From an uncultured Actinomycetes bacterium (lineage in GTDB: Bacteria; Actinomycetota; Thermoleophilia; Gaiellales; Gaiellaceae): DNA of 64,000 nucleotides. Shown here in pieces: positions 48,122 through 56,237 of this stretch; position 1 is the first letter of the stretch; the number at the start of each line of letters is the position of its first letter. Where the stretch lies: positions 364,450-428,449 of the forward strand of contig CAVVAB010000012.1 in NCBI GenBank assembly GCA_963746155.1. Reading direction: 5' to 3'. Under the pieces are notes generated by a model that was not told the origin of the DNA, did not search any database, and saw only the letters and a program-made list of their open reading frames with translations. The translations under genes and the position numbers were made by a program.

Positions 48122-48222
48122 CCCGGGCCGGGCACACCGCGCGCCTAGGAGGGATTGCTTAGCGCTGCTTCCTTCCGGATCTGACGCGGTTCACAAGCTC
48201 CCACCGCACGGGGCCCGGCCCG
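48122..48222 (-). ncRNA. ffs: signal recognition particle RNA (small bacterial type)
   Basis: The minus-sense sequence ..GUGAACCGCGUCAGAUCCGGAAGGAAGCAGCGCUAAGCA.. matches the conserved domain IV motif. Closing helix GGGCCGGGC / GCCCGGCCC. Sits in the classical position immediately upstream of dnaX. Ends are accurate to about +/-5 nt. Confidence 0.8.
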
Positions 48223-48270
48223 AGGCCGGCGATGGTACCAGCGTCGTCTTGTGCGTTTAGACTCTAGGAA

Positions 48271-48735
48271 GTGGCTGTCGCTGACGTGATGGCGTTCCGG
48301 GTGGTGACCGTCTCGCCCGACGACCCGGTTCAGGTGGCGATCACGCGGATGCTCGAGGAGACCGTCGGCTCGGTCGGCGTCTGCGAAGGCGAGCGCCTGG
48401 TCGGGATCTTCACCGAGCGCGACGTGCTGCGGCTCGCGGGCGAGGGGCCGAACTTCGCCGAGGTCAAGGTCGGCGACGTCATGACCCGGCAGCTCGTGAC
48501 GCTCGCTCCCGACGACGACATCCTCGACGCGGCCCGCCTGATGGGCGAGCGCAAGATCCGCCACCTGCCCGTCCTGGAGGGCGAGAACCTGCTCGGGATC
48601 GTCGGCATCCGCGAGGTCGTCCGCGCGCTGGTCGAGACGCTGTGGCGCACGCAGGATCCCGAGGCGCGCGACCGCGCCCGCGAGCTCCTCGACCGCGAGA
48701 GCACCCCGGTATCCTCAGAGCCCCCGGGCGCGTAG
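48271..48735 (+). CDS. CBS domain pair protein
   Basis: Two CBS motifs (VVTVSPDDPVQVAITRM..GIFTERDVLR and LVTLAPDDDILDAARLM..HLPVLE..GIVGIREVV). 154 aa. Confidence 0.85.
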   Translation: MAVADVMAFRVVTVSPDDPVQVAITRMLEETVGSVGVCEGERLVGIFTERDVLRLAGEGPNFAEVKVGDVMTRQLVTLAPDDDILDAARLMGERKIRHLPVLEGENLLGIVGIREVVRALVETLWRTQDPEARDRARELLDRESTPVSSEPPGA

Positions 48736-48797
48736 CTCAGCGGGAGAGCGCCCGCTTCACACGCGGGAGGTCGCTGGTTCGATCCCAGCCGCGCCCA
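48726..48797 (+). tRNA. tRNA-Val (anticodon CAC)
   Basis: Cloverleaf by hand. Acceptor GGGCGCG/CGCGCCC. D arm GCTC-AGCGGGA-GAGC. Anticodon arm CCCGC-TTCACAC-GCGGG. T arm GCTGG-TTCGATC-CCAGC. CCA is not encoded. Confidence 0.95.
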
Positions 48798-48853
48798 CTT
48801 CGTCGATCACGGCCGCCGACGGAGTCGCGCTGGGTGATGTCGTGTACTCCGGC

Positions 48854-49099
48854 TCAGCCCTGGATGATGTTGTGGACCTCCGCGATCTGAGGCTCGCCGG
48901 GGTCGACGCCGAGGTCGCTCATGATCGGCATCATCGTCTGCCCGAAGGTGTCGAACGACTGCTGCGAGTCCCAGACGTCGAACACGTGCAGGTTGTCGGG
49001 CCCTGCCGAGAATGCAACGTGGTAGAGCCGGCCCGCTGGCGCGCCCTGCCCCGCTTCCTCGAGCCGCCGGACTCCGTCTTCGTACTGCGCCTTGCTCAT
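48854..49099 (-). CDS. small hypothetical protein (81 aa)
   Basis: MSKAQYEDGVRRLEEAGQGAPAGRLYHVAFSAGPDNLHVFDVWDSQQSFDTFGQTMMPIMSDLGV.. looks like a globular alpha+beta protein. Function not recognised. Confidence 0.45.
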   Translation of the reverse strand: MSKAQYEDGVRRLEEAGQGAPAGRLYHVAFSAGPDNLHVFDVWDSQQSFDTFGQTMMPIMSDLGVDPGEPQIAEVHNIIQG

Positions 49100-49114
49100 C
49101 GACGGGATTGGGAA

Positions 49115-49420
49115 GTAGACACCGAGGGCTCGTGGCAGGCAGGCGTCGACGGAGCCTCACCGGGTCTGATCATGGAAGTGGATCCGACGGTTGGGCGCGT
49201 CTACGCGCAGGAGCACTTCAAGGGCCAGGCGGAAGACCACGCTCAGGTGCTCAGCCTGTCCGCGGCGCTTCGCGGGTACAAGGGCGCACAACTGACGAAA
49301 GAGTGGACCCCGCTCGAGCCGGGCGTGATCGACCACAAGTACTACGTGCCCGGTGTCGGCCTCGTCCGCGAGGCGACCGCGAAGGGGCCGCAGGAGACGC
49401 TCGTTCTCGGCCGGTTAGTC
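49115..49420 (+). pseudogene. C-terminal fragment of a secreted/lipoprotein-family gene; the N-terminal part is absent
   Basis: ..EGSWQAGVDGASPGLIMEVDPTVGRVYAQEHFKGQAEDHAQVLSL..LTKEWTPLEPGVIDHKYYVPGVGLVRE... No start or signal sequence. No in-frame stop until 49513. Confidence 0.3.
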
Positions 49421-49430
49421 GCCCGTCCGG

Positions 49431-50313
49431 CTAGGCACGGAGCGGCGGCGCGACCTGCTCGCCGAAGCGGCGGATTCGCTCGTCGAGACCGTCCTCGTCG
49501 TAGTCGAGGTTGACCACGAAGCCGTTGCAGCCCGCCTCGACGTACTCGGCGAGCCGCTCCGCGACCAACTCGGACGGCCCCGCGATCGCGTGGCGGCCGC
49601 GCTCGTCGGTGCCGGTCTGCGGGCTCGTCGGCGAAGTGGACGCCGATCCGCAGGACCACGCGGCCGTCAGGACGGCGCTCGCGGAAGTCGGCCGCCATCG
49701 TCCGCAGCTCGTTCGGTGGCAGCGCGACCGGATGCCAGACGCCGGTCTTCGCCGCGCGGCGAAGTGTCGCCTTCGAGACGCCCGCGATCCAGAGCTCCGG
49801 CCCGCCCGGCCGCACGAGGGCAGGCGCAAGCCAGCCGTCGACCGAGAGCAGCGGCCCCTCGTAGCGGACGCGCCCGGGCATCTGCGCGAACGCGGAAGCC
49901 GCAAGGTCGAGCCAGTCGTCGAGGAGCTTGCCGCGCCGCTCGAACGTCGCCCCCAGCGTCTCGAACTCGCCCTCCATCCAGCCGGCGGCGACTGCGGTCA
50001 CGATCCGCCCGCCCGAGAGGAGGTCGAGCGTCGTCAGCTCCTTGAGCACGACGAGCGGCTGCCGCGCCGGCACGATCAGCGCGGAGACGCCCAGCTCGAG
50101 CCTTTCGGTGCGGCCCGCGAGGAACCCGAGCGACACGAGCGGCTCTGCGATCGAGCCGTAGATCGGCGCGTGCTCCTCGGGGACGATCAGGTGGTCGGTG
50201 GCCCAGCCGGAGTCGAATCCGGAGTCCTCGGCGGCGCCGGCCGCTGCTGCGAGGCGCTCCGCGCGAAGGTTGTCGCCGTAGTTCGGAAGAATCAGGCCGA
50301 GGTGGAGTCCCAT
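49431..50313 (-). pseudogene. LLM-class (luciferase-like, probably F420-dependent) oxidoreductase, frame break near 49625
   Basis: MGLHLGLILPNYGD..FDSGWATDHL.. (ORF 49342-50313) continues as ..HFADEPQTGTDERGRHAIAGPSELVAERLAEYVEAGCNGFVVNLD.. in ORF 49431-49904. Confidence 0.8.
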
Positions 50314-50382
50314 GTTGCCGCGCCAAGGCTACTCACTCCGGCCTGGCCGGCCGGGAGGCCCCGGCCGGCCGATCGTCGCGGC

Positions 50383-50766
50383 CTAGAACGAGCCGGAGAC
50401 GATGAGGATGCCGCGGGTAGTTCGTACCTTCACGGCCGTGCCGGCGCTCACGTTCGGAACGCTCTGGCCGCGCTCGGTGCTGCGGTTGATGTGAGCGGCG
50501 CCGAGGCGGGTGACCTTGGCGACACCGAGCTTCTTGCCTGCGACGTAGAAGACGACGCGCCTTCCGGCGAGACGGCGAACATGCTCGACCTGAGCCTCGA
50601 GCTCGCGCTCGTTGCCCTTCGCCTTGAACTTCGCCGAGCCCTTGGCCGCCGGGAACGCCTTGGCCGGCTTGAGTGAGACTCGCGTGCCGTCCGCGGCAAG
50701 CACTGCCGGGACCGAGACCGCCAGCAGGAGCGCGGCAGCCGCCAGAACCGTGGTGATGCGCTTCAT
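50383..50766 (-). CDS. secreted hypothetical protein (127 aa)
   Basis: Signal peptide MKRITTVLAAAALLLAVSVPAVLA. The maximal ORF extends to 50859. Confidence 0.5.
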   Translation of the reverse strand: MKRITTVLAAAALLLAVSVPAVLAADGTRVSLKPAKAFPAAKGSAKFKAKGNERELEAQVEHVRRLAGRRVVFYVAGKKLGVAKVTRLGAAHINRSTERGQSVPNVSAGTAVKVRTTRGILIVSGSF

Positions 50767-50878
50767 CTCGGAACCTCCGATTGTCATGAGACCCTCGTGC
50801 ACCACGGTAGGGAGGCCCCGCCCAACCCCCGGCCAAACCGGGGCAAGGCTTTCGCCCACTTTCGGTTAAGGCTTGGCA

Positions 50879-50907
50879 GGCGGGGCCGCATCATCTGCGG
50901 CCCCGCC
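50879..50907 (-). terminator. 12-bp GC hairpin just downstream of the BNR-repeat gene stop
   Basis: GGCGGGGCCGCA-tcatc-TGCGGCCCCGCC. Confidence 0.5.
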
Positions 50908-50917
50908 TTGAAACGCC

Positions 50918-52513
50918 TTACTTGCGCGCGTAGTAGATGAACTGCAGGAACAGCCCGGGCGTGAACGGGGACGGGTCGCGCATGTCCGTCCACGTCGCGT
51001 TCGCGTGGCCGTCGCTGCCGTATGCGAGTCCGATGTAGTCGCCGTGGAAGACGGCGCAGAGCTCACATCCCTCGACGCCTGCCTGGAAGAACTCCGACTG
51101 CGTCGGGTCGGACGGCTCCGTGTTCACGATCGTCCTCGAGAACGAGCCCGGCTGGCCCTGCGCCAGCTCGGTGTTGTAGAGCGGCCCGTTCCAGTTGCCG
51201 CGGTCGTGATAGAGGACGCCGACCTTCCCGTTCACCGGGTTGACGTCGGCCCACGGGAACCACTGGTCTCCCTTGCCCTTGTCGACCTGCGACGGGTACG
51301 TCCAGTTTCTGCCGCCGTCGGACGACTTCACGATGAAGACGTCCGTGTTGGTGATCGGGTTGTCGCTGTCGTGCACGCCGTTCCGGTTGTCCGAGAAGAC
51401 GAGGTAGAGCTTGTCCTCGTCCTTCGGGCTCGCGACGACGTTGCCGGCGCCCCAGACGCGCAGCTGGTAGCCGGTCAGCGTCTGTCGGCCGTCGACGTTG
51501 ATCGGGTAGTCCCGCGCTCCGTCCTCCATGCCGGCGACGAAGGTCGGCTTCGACCAGTCGTCACCGCCGTTCTTCGACTTGACGAGCAGGTACTGGTCGT
51601 CGAACTCCTCCGGCGACTCGTAGAGCGACTCGTTCTGGCTGTTCATGAACGCTACGTAGGCGGTCCCGTCTGCGCCGATCGTGATGACCGATGCCTGGGA
51701 CTCGTCGCACTGCCCGCGCTTCCCTTCCGTCTGGAAGGTGCAGAGGTCGCGGTTCGATCCGGAGATCTCCTGCGGCTTCGACCAGTGCTTGCCGCCGTCG
51801 TCGCTGTGGGTCTCCATGATCGGCGACTCGACGTACTCGCCGAAGTTCGAGAGGAACGCCGTCCAGGTCACGTACGTCCGCCCGTAGTACGGCGAGTGCG
51901 GGTTGTTGTCGGTCGCGATCCACTCCTTGTCGTTGAACACCTGGACGGCGTCGAGATCGCAGCCCTGCCCGAAGCCGACGACCTTTGGCTTGTCCCAGCT
52001 GAGGCCGCCGTCCTTCGATGGCGAGACGACGACGTCGCCGTCGCAGGCCTCACCGTCCTCCTTGAACGTGTAGTTCAGCGACGAGTGGAGGGCGACGTGG
52101 TGCTTCACGTCGATCGCCGTGACGGGATCGCTGCCCGTTCGCGTGTCGTCTTCCGTGGACATGTTTCCGGTCGACCAGCTCTTCCCGGCGTCGAACGACG
52201 TGTAGTACTGATCGCAGCACGACCCGTAGTCGTTCGAGCTCGAGATCATGTGCTTCGGGTTCGACGCGTCCACGACGATGTTCGGCTCGTTGTTCGGGAA
52301 CGGGTCGTCACAGTCCAGGTTCGTGTTGAGGCCTCCCGAGAGCGCCGTGCACTCGAAGGCCCAGTTGTGCTTTGCGCCCGGCGGAATCGACCGCACGAAC
52401 GGCACCTTCTCTGCCCCCTCGCCGCCCGGAGGCTCTGCCCGGACGCTCGAAGCGAGGAACAGGCCGATTGCAGCTGCCGCCACGAGCAGCAGCCCAAATC
52501 GAGCTTTGCTCAT
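50918..52513 (-). CDS. secreted BNR/Asp-box repeat (sialidase-like beta-propeller) protein
   Basis: Signal peptide MSKARFGLLLVAAAAIGLFLASSVRA. Five Asp-boxes (SFDAGKSW, SKDGGLSW, SDDGGKHW, SKNGGDDW, SSDGGRNW). Confidence 0.8.
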   Translation of the reverse strand: MSKARFGLLLVAAAAIGLFLASSVRAEPPGGEGAEKVPFVRSIPPGAKHNWAFECTALSGGLNTNLDCDDPFPNNEPNIVVDASNPKHMISSSNDYGSCCDQYYTSFDAGKSWSTGNMSTEDDTRTGSDPVTAIDVKHHVALHSSLNYTFKEDGEACDGDVVVSPSKDGGLSWDKPKVVGFGQGCDLDAVQVFNDKEWIATDNNPHSPYYGRTYVTWTAFLSNFGEYVESPIMETHSDDGGKHWSKPQEISGSNRDLCTFQTEGKRGQCDESQASVITIGADGTAYVAFMNSQNESLYESPEEFDDQYLLVKSKNGGDDWSKPTFVAGMEDGARDYPINVDGRQTLTGYQLRVWGAGNVVASPKDEDKLYLVFSDNRNGVHDSDNPITNTDVFIVKSSDGGRNWTYPSQVDKGKGDQWFPWADVNPVNGKVGVLYHDRGNWNGPLYNTELAQGQPGSFSRTIVNTEPSDPTQSEFFQAGVEGCELCAVFHGDYIGLAYGSDGHANATWTDMRDPSPFTPGLFLQFIYYARK

Positions 52514-52811
52514 CTCTCCCCCTTTATCGGATTTCCTACATCCGAACGTACTAGAGCGCGCTACACGAGTCCATCGGGGGTGCGTTCGAGCGGGACGCCG
52601 GACAGCTGCCGACCGGCTTAACCGGTCGGCGGAGAGTGAATCTCAGGGGAGGAGCTCAGCTCGCCGAAGCGATGCGCTGGCTCAAGTTCGCAACCGGGAA
52701 GTTCCGGAGCTTGCGCTTGATGACAAGCGTTGTCATGGCCGCCTTTCGTCCGCAGTGGATACGCCGAGTTTTTAGGTCGGCCGGATCGCCCGTCCACGCC
52801 ATCCCTCGAAC

Positions 52812-53531
52812 GTGTCCATCCGGCCCGGCTTCTACGGTTCTCACATGCGCTCGGACGTGCCCGGGAAAGCCGTTGCGGAGTTCGTCGGCACGTTTGCGCT
52901 GATCTTCGCGGGCGCCGGCGCGATCATCGCCACGGGAGGACACAACCTCGTTGCGATCGCGCTCGCGCACGGGCTCGCGATCGGGGTGATGGCCTCGGCC
53001 GTCGGCCACATCTCGGGCGGCCATTTCAACCCGGCGATCACGTTCGGGTTCCTGGTGACGCGGAAGATCAAGCCGGCCCTCGCGTGCGTGTACTGGGCCG
53101 CGCAGTTCGCGGGCGCCGTGGTCGCGGCGCTGCTGCTGAGCTGGCTGCTTCCGCAGGCCCAGGTCAACGCCGTGCAGCTCGGCGTACCGGCGCTCGGTCC
53201 GGGGATCAGCGGCGGGCAGGGCATCGTGATCGAGGGCATCCTCACGTTCTTCCTCGTGTGGGTCGTCTTCGCGTGCGCGGCCGATCCGGACGGAGCATTC
53301 AAGCTGATCGCCGGCCTCGCGATCGGCTTCACGATCTCACTCGACATCTTCGTCGGCGGCCCCTTCACCGGCGCGGCGATGAACCCGGCGCGCGCGTTCG
53401 GGCCGGAGCTCGTGCAGAACGCGTGGAGCAACTGGTGGGTCTGGTACATCGGCCCGCTGGTCGGCGGCGCTCTCGCGGCGCTCGTGTACGAGCTGCTCTA
53501 CCTCCGTACCCGCGCCGCGCAGACCGCCTAG
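52812..53531 (+). CDS. MIP family channel (aquaporin/aquaglyceroporin)
   Basis: Two NPA boxes (GGHFNPAITFG and GAAMNPARAFG). Six TM helices. Confidence 0.9.
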   Translation: MSIRPGFYGSHMRSDVPGKAVAEFVGTFALIFAGAGAIIATGGHNLVAIALAHGLAIGVMASAVGHISGGHFNPAITFGFLVTRKIKPALACVYWAAQFAGAVVAALLLSWLLPQAQVNAVQLGVPALGPGISGGQGIVIEGILTFFLVWVVFACAADPDGAFKLIAGLAIGFTISLDIFVGGPFTGAAMNPARAFGPELVQNAWSNWWVWYIGPLVGGALAALVYELLYLRTRAAQTA

Positions 53532-53562
53532 CTCCCTCCGCGCACCGTGGTAGGTTGCCGCG

Positions 53563-54075
53563 GTGCTCGTCGCGGGACTGACATCGTCCGCCAAGCTCGG
53601 GCTCGGACTGACGGCGGCGGTCTTCGTCGCGTTCTCCCTGATCGCCGCGCTCGTCATCCCTCGCCGCAACCCCGACTTTCCGGACAAGCACCTGAAGGGC
53701 TTCGTCGTCGCGTGCGTCGTCCTCTTCGTCGCGATGCTCTCGGCTGTGCTGATCTTCGGCGGCAAGGAGAAGGCCGAGACCGAGGCGGCGAGGGAGAAGC
53801 TCCCGGTCGGCGAGAGCGACTACTCGATGGAGGTGCCGAGGACGAAGCTCCCGCCGGGCCTCTACACGCTCGAGGTGACGAACTACGGTCAGATCACGCA
53901 CAACCTGACCGTTAAGGCCGTCCAGGGGTCGGGCGGCACGCAGGGCACTCGCGACATCGAGCCCGGCAAGAGCGCGAGCCTCCCGGTCGAGCTCAAGCGC
54001 GGCACGTACGTCCTGTACAGCTCGCTCCCCGGCCAGCAGCAGGCCGGCGTCACCGAGACCATCACCGTCGACTGA
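53563..54075 (+). CDS. membrane-anchored cupredoxin-like domain protein lacking the usual Cys/His/Met copper ligands
   Basis: Two N-terminal TM helices. C-terminal ..LYTLEVTNYGQITHNLTV..GTYVLYSSLPGQQQAGVTETITVD resembles the ..YxFYCSxPGHxxAGM.. end of cupredoxins, but with S, Q and V at the ligand positions. Confidence 0.55.
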   Translation: MLVAGLTSSAKLGLGLTAAVFVAFSLIAALVIPRRNPDFPDKHLKGFVVACVVLFVAMLSAVLIFGGKEKAETEAAREKLPVGESDYSMEVPRTKLPPGLYTLEVTNYGQITHNLTVKAVQGSGGTQGTRDIEPGKSASLPVELKRGTYVLYSSLPGQQQAGVTETITVD

Positions 54076-54143
54076 GCCAGAGGGCCCGGTCGCCCGGGCC
54101 CCGAGGCGTCGCTTGCGATGCCGTTGTGCGCCTTCTCTTCAAG

Positions 54144-54232
54144 CGGAGAGGGCGGGATTTGAACCCGCGACGGACCTTTCAGCCCGTACGCGATTTCCAG
54201 TCGCGCTCCTTAGACCGCTCGGACACCTCTCC
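54144..54232 (-). tRNA. tRNA-Ser (anticodon GGA)
   Basis: GGAGAGGTGTCCGAGCGGTCTAAGGAGCGCGACTGGAAATCGCG..long variable arm..GCGGGTTCAAATCCCGCCCTCTCCG. Confidence 0.9.
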
Positions 54233-54301
54233 AAGCGGGAGCCAGGGTATCGCGTGAGAGAGGGGCCGCTCCTTGCAGCCCCTCTCTGGTTGAACACGGG
54301 T

Positions 54302-54748
54302 CTAGTGCGCCCTCGAAAGGACGACGGCCTTTCCGGCGAACGTGGGGTGCTCGGTGGCACCCGTCGGAACCGAGGCACCCTGCGCGCACAGCGCGTAGAT
54401 GGTGACCGTCCCGTCGAGCAGTCCGCCGACGTTGTCCGCGCCGCCGGCCCAGCCGTTGTTGTACGGGCCGTCGAGCCAGGTGTCGCCGAACGTGTCGGAG
54501 ACCACACCGCCGCTGATCACACCGGTCCCGGCGGGGCACGTGACAATGTAGGCCTTGGCTTCGCCGGCGAGCACGTCGCCGGCACCCGACACGACCGTCG
54601 TCTTCCCGATGAAACCGGTCGGCCCCTGAATGCCTTGCGGTCCCTGGAGCCCTTGCTGCCCCGGAGCCCCACGCGCGCCGCGTGGAGCCTTCCCCGCGAG
54701 CCGGTTGAGCGGAATCGAATGCGGCTTGATCTGGTGCCCGTCGATCAA
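54302..54748 (-). CDS. collagen-like (G-X-Y)7 repeat protein lacking an N-terminal signal; possibly a truncated gene
   Basis: (L)IDGHQIKPHSIPLNRLAGKAPRGARGAPGQQGLQGPQGIQGPTG, followed by a C-terminal domain of about 100 aa with 2 Cys. The ORF opens at a TTG two codons after an in-frame stop, with no SD. Confidence 0.45.
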   Translation of the reverse strand: MIDGHQIKPHSIPLNRLAGKAPRGARGAPGQQGLQGPQGIQGPTGFIGKTTVVSGAGDVLAGEAKAYIVTCPAGTGVISGGVVSDTFGDTWLDGPYNNGWAGGADNVGGLLDGTVTIYALCAQGASVPTGATEHPTFAGKAVVLSRAH

Positions 54749-54805
54749 CTTCTAGACCAGGAGATAGACCGAAACCCCTGCTTGCGGAGGGGTTTCGGTC
54801 GGTAA

Positions 54806-54894
54806 CGGAGGGGGAGGGATTTGAACCCTCGTCGGACCTAACGGCCCGAAACGGTTTTCGAGACCGCCGCATTCGACCGCTCTGCCACCCCTCC
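54806..54894 (-). tRNA. tRNA-Ser (anticodon CGA)
   Basis: GGAGGGGTGGCAGAGCGGTCGAATGCGGCGGTCTCGAAAACCGT..long variable arm..AGGGTTCAAATCCCTCCCCCTCCG. Confidence 0.9.
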
Positions 54895-54940
54895 GGGGTC
54901 GGAACAGAGTACCGCCGCGGGGCGGCTGGGAAGCGCGAGG

Positions 54941-55032
54941 CGGAGAAGGAGGGATTCGAACCCTCGAGGCAGGGATTCTCCCCACCTAACGCCTTAGCAG
55001 GGCGCCGCCTTCAGCCACTCGGCCACTTCTCC
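54941..55032 (-). tRNA. tRNA-Ser (anticodon GCT)
   Basis: GGAGAAGTGGCCGAGTGGCTGAAGGCGGCGCCCTGCTAAGGCGT..long variable arm..AGGGTTCGAATCCCTCCTTCTCCG. Confidence 0.9.
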
Positions 55033-55235
55033 GAACCGGGACAGGATAGCCGACACCTCCGCAGGCCCCCTCTTGCGAGCACTGCCCGATCACCCTTCCG
55101 GGGCATGGCCGCAAGGGTGTTTCGGCACATGCTGAGCGTGCCGGCTCTCCCCTCTCAGATCCCGGCACTGGCGTAGCTCGCTTCAGCGGCAACGAGGCGA
55201 GCTTCGTCGTATCTGGGGCCGTTTTCTCGATACTT

Positions 55236-56237
55236 GTGGGCATGAAGATCGGCCGCCGAGAGGTCGCGATCACGAATCCGGACAAGGTGTTCTTCCCGGA
55301 GCCCGGGCTCACGAAGGGCGACGTGGTCGGCTACTACCTCGACGTCGCGGACTGCGCGCTCAACCACATCAGGCGGCGGCTCTTCCACATGAAGCGCTAC
55401 CCGAACGGCGTCGACGGCGAGTTCTTCCACCAGAAGCGCGTGCCGTCGCACCCGGACTTCGTCGGCGAGCAGTTCGTGCAGTTCCCGAGCGGGCACTCGA
55501 CGGTCTTCGCGGTCGTCGACAATCCCGCCGCGCTCGCCTGGGTGGCCAACCTCGGCTGCATCGAGCTTCACACCTGGCACTCGCGCGTCGCTGACATCGA
55601 GCGGCCGGACTACCTGCTGATCGACCTCGATCCGAGCGAAGGGAACCCGTGGGAGTACGTCCGCGAGATCGCGCTCGTCGTGAAGGACGTGATGGACGAG
55701 CTCGGGCTGGCGTCCTACCCGAAGACCTCGGGCGCCACCGGCGTGCACATCCTTGCGCCGATCAAGCCCGAGCTCCCGTTCCCGGAGGTGAGGCGTTTCG
55801 CGAAGGCGCTCGCGCAGGAGGTCGAGCGGCGAGTCGACGACCAGGACGTCGCGACGACGACGTGGAGGGTCGCGGACCGGAGCGGCGTGTTCGTCGACTT
55901 CGGCCAGAACGCGCGTGACCGGACGATCGCCTGCGCCTACTCGATCCGCCCGACACCCGACGCGCGCGTCTCGGCGCCGCTGCGCTGGGACGAGGTGGCG
56001 CGGTGCGACCCGGCGAGGTTCACGGTCAAGACGATGCGGAAGCGGGTCGACAAGGTCGGCGACCTGACCGCAGGGATGTGGCGGCGGAAGGTCAGCCTGA
56101 TCCCGCGGTTCGAGCACTTCGACCTCGATCCGGCCGATCCGGGCCGCGTCGATGCGCGCAAGCGCACGCGCCGGTGGGTCAGCGACCAGCGAAGAGCTTC
56201 GGAACGGTCAGGTCGCTCGCGCGGCGCGGGGGCCTGA
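55236..56237 (+). CDS. ligD: LigD-type NHEJ polymerase/primase (AEP) domain protein
   Basis: ..ITNPDKVFFPE..KGDVVGYY..MKRYPNGVDGEFFHQK..LIDLDP..YPKTSGATGVHI..DFGQNARDRT... The start may be the ATG at 55242. The last ~59 nt overlap the convergent ligase gene. Confidence 0.85.
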   Translation: MGMKIGRREVAITNPDKVFFPEPGLTKGDVVGYYLDVADCALNHIRRRLFHMKRYPNGVDGEFFHQKRVPSHPDFVGEQFVQFPSGHSTVFAVVDNPAALAWVANLGCIELHTWHSRVADIERPDYLLIDLDPSEGNPWEYVREIALVVKDVMDELGLASYPKTSGATGVHILAPIKPELPFPEVRRFAKALAQEVERRVDDQDVATTTWRVADRSGVFVDFGQNARDRTIACAYSIRPTPDARVSAPLRWDEVARCDPARFTVKTMRKRVDKVGDLTAGMWRRKVSLIPRFEHFDLDPADPGRVDARKRTRRWVSDQRRASERSGRSRGAGA

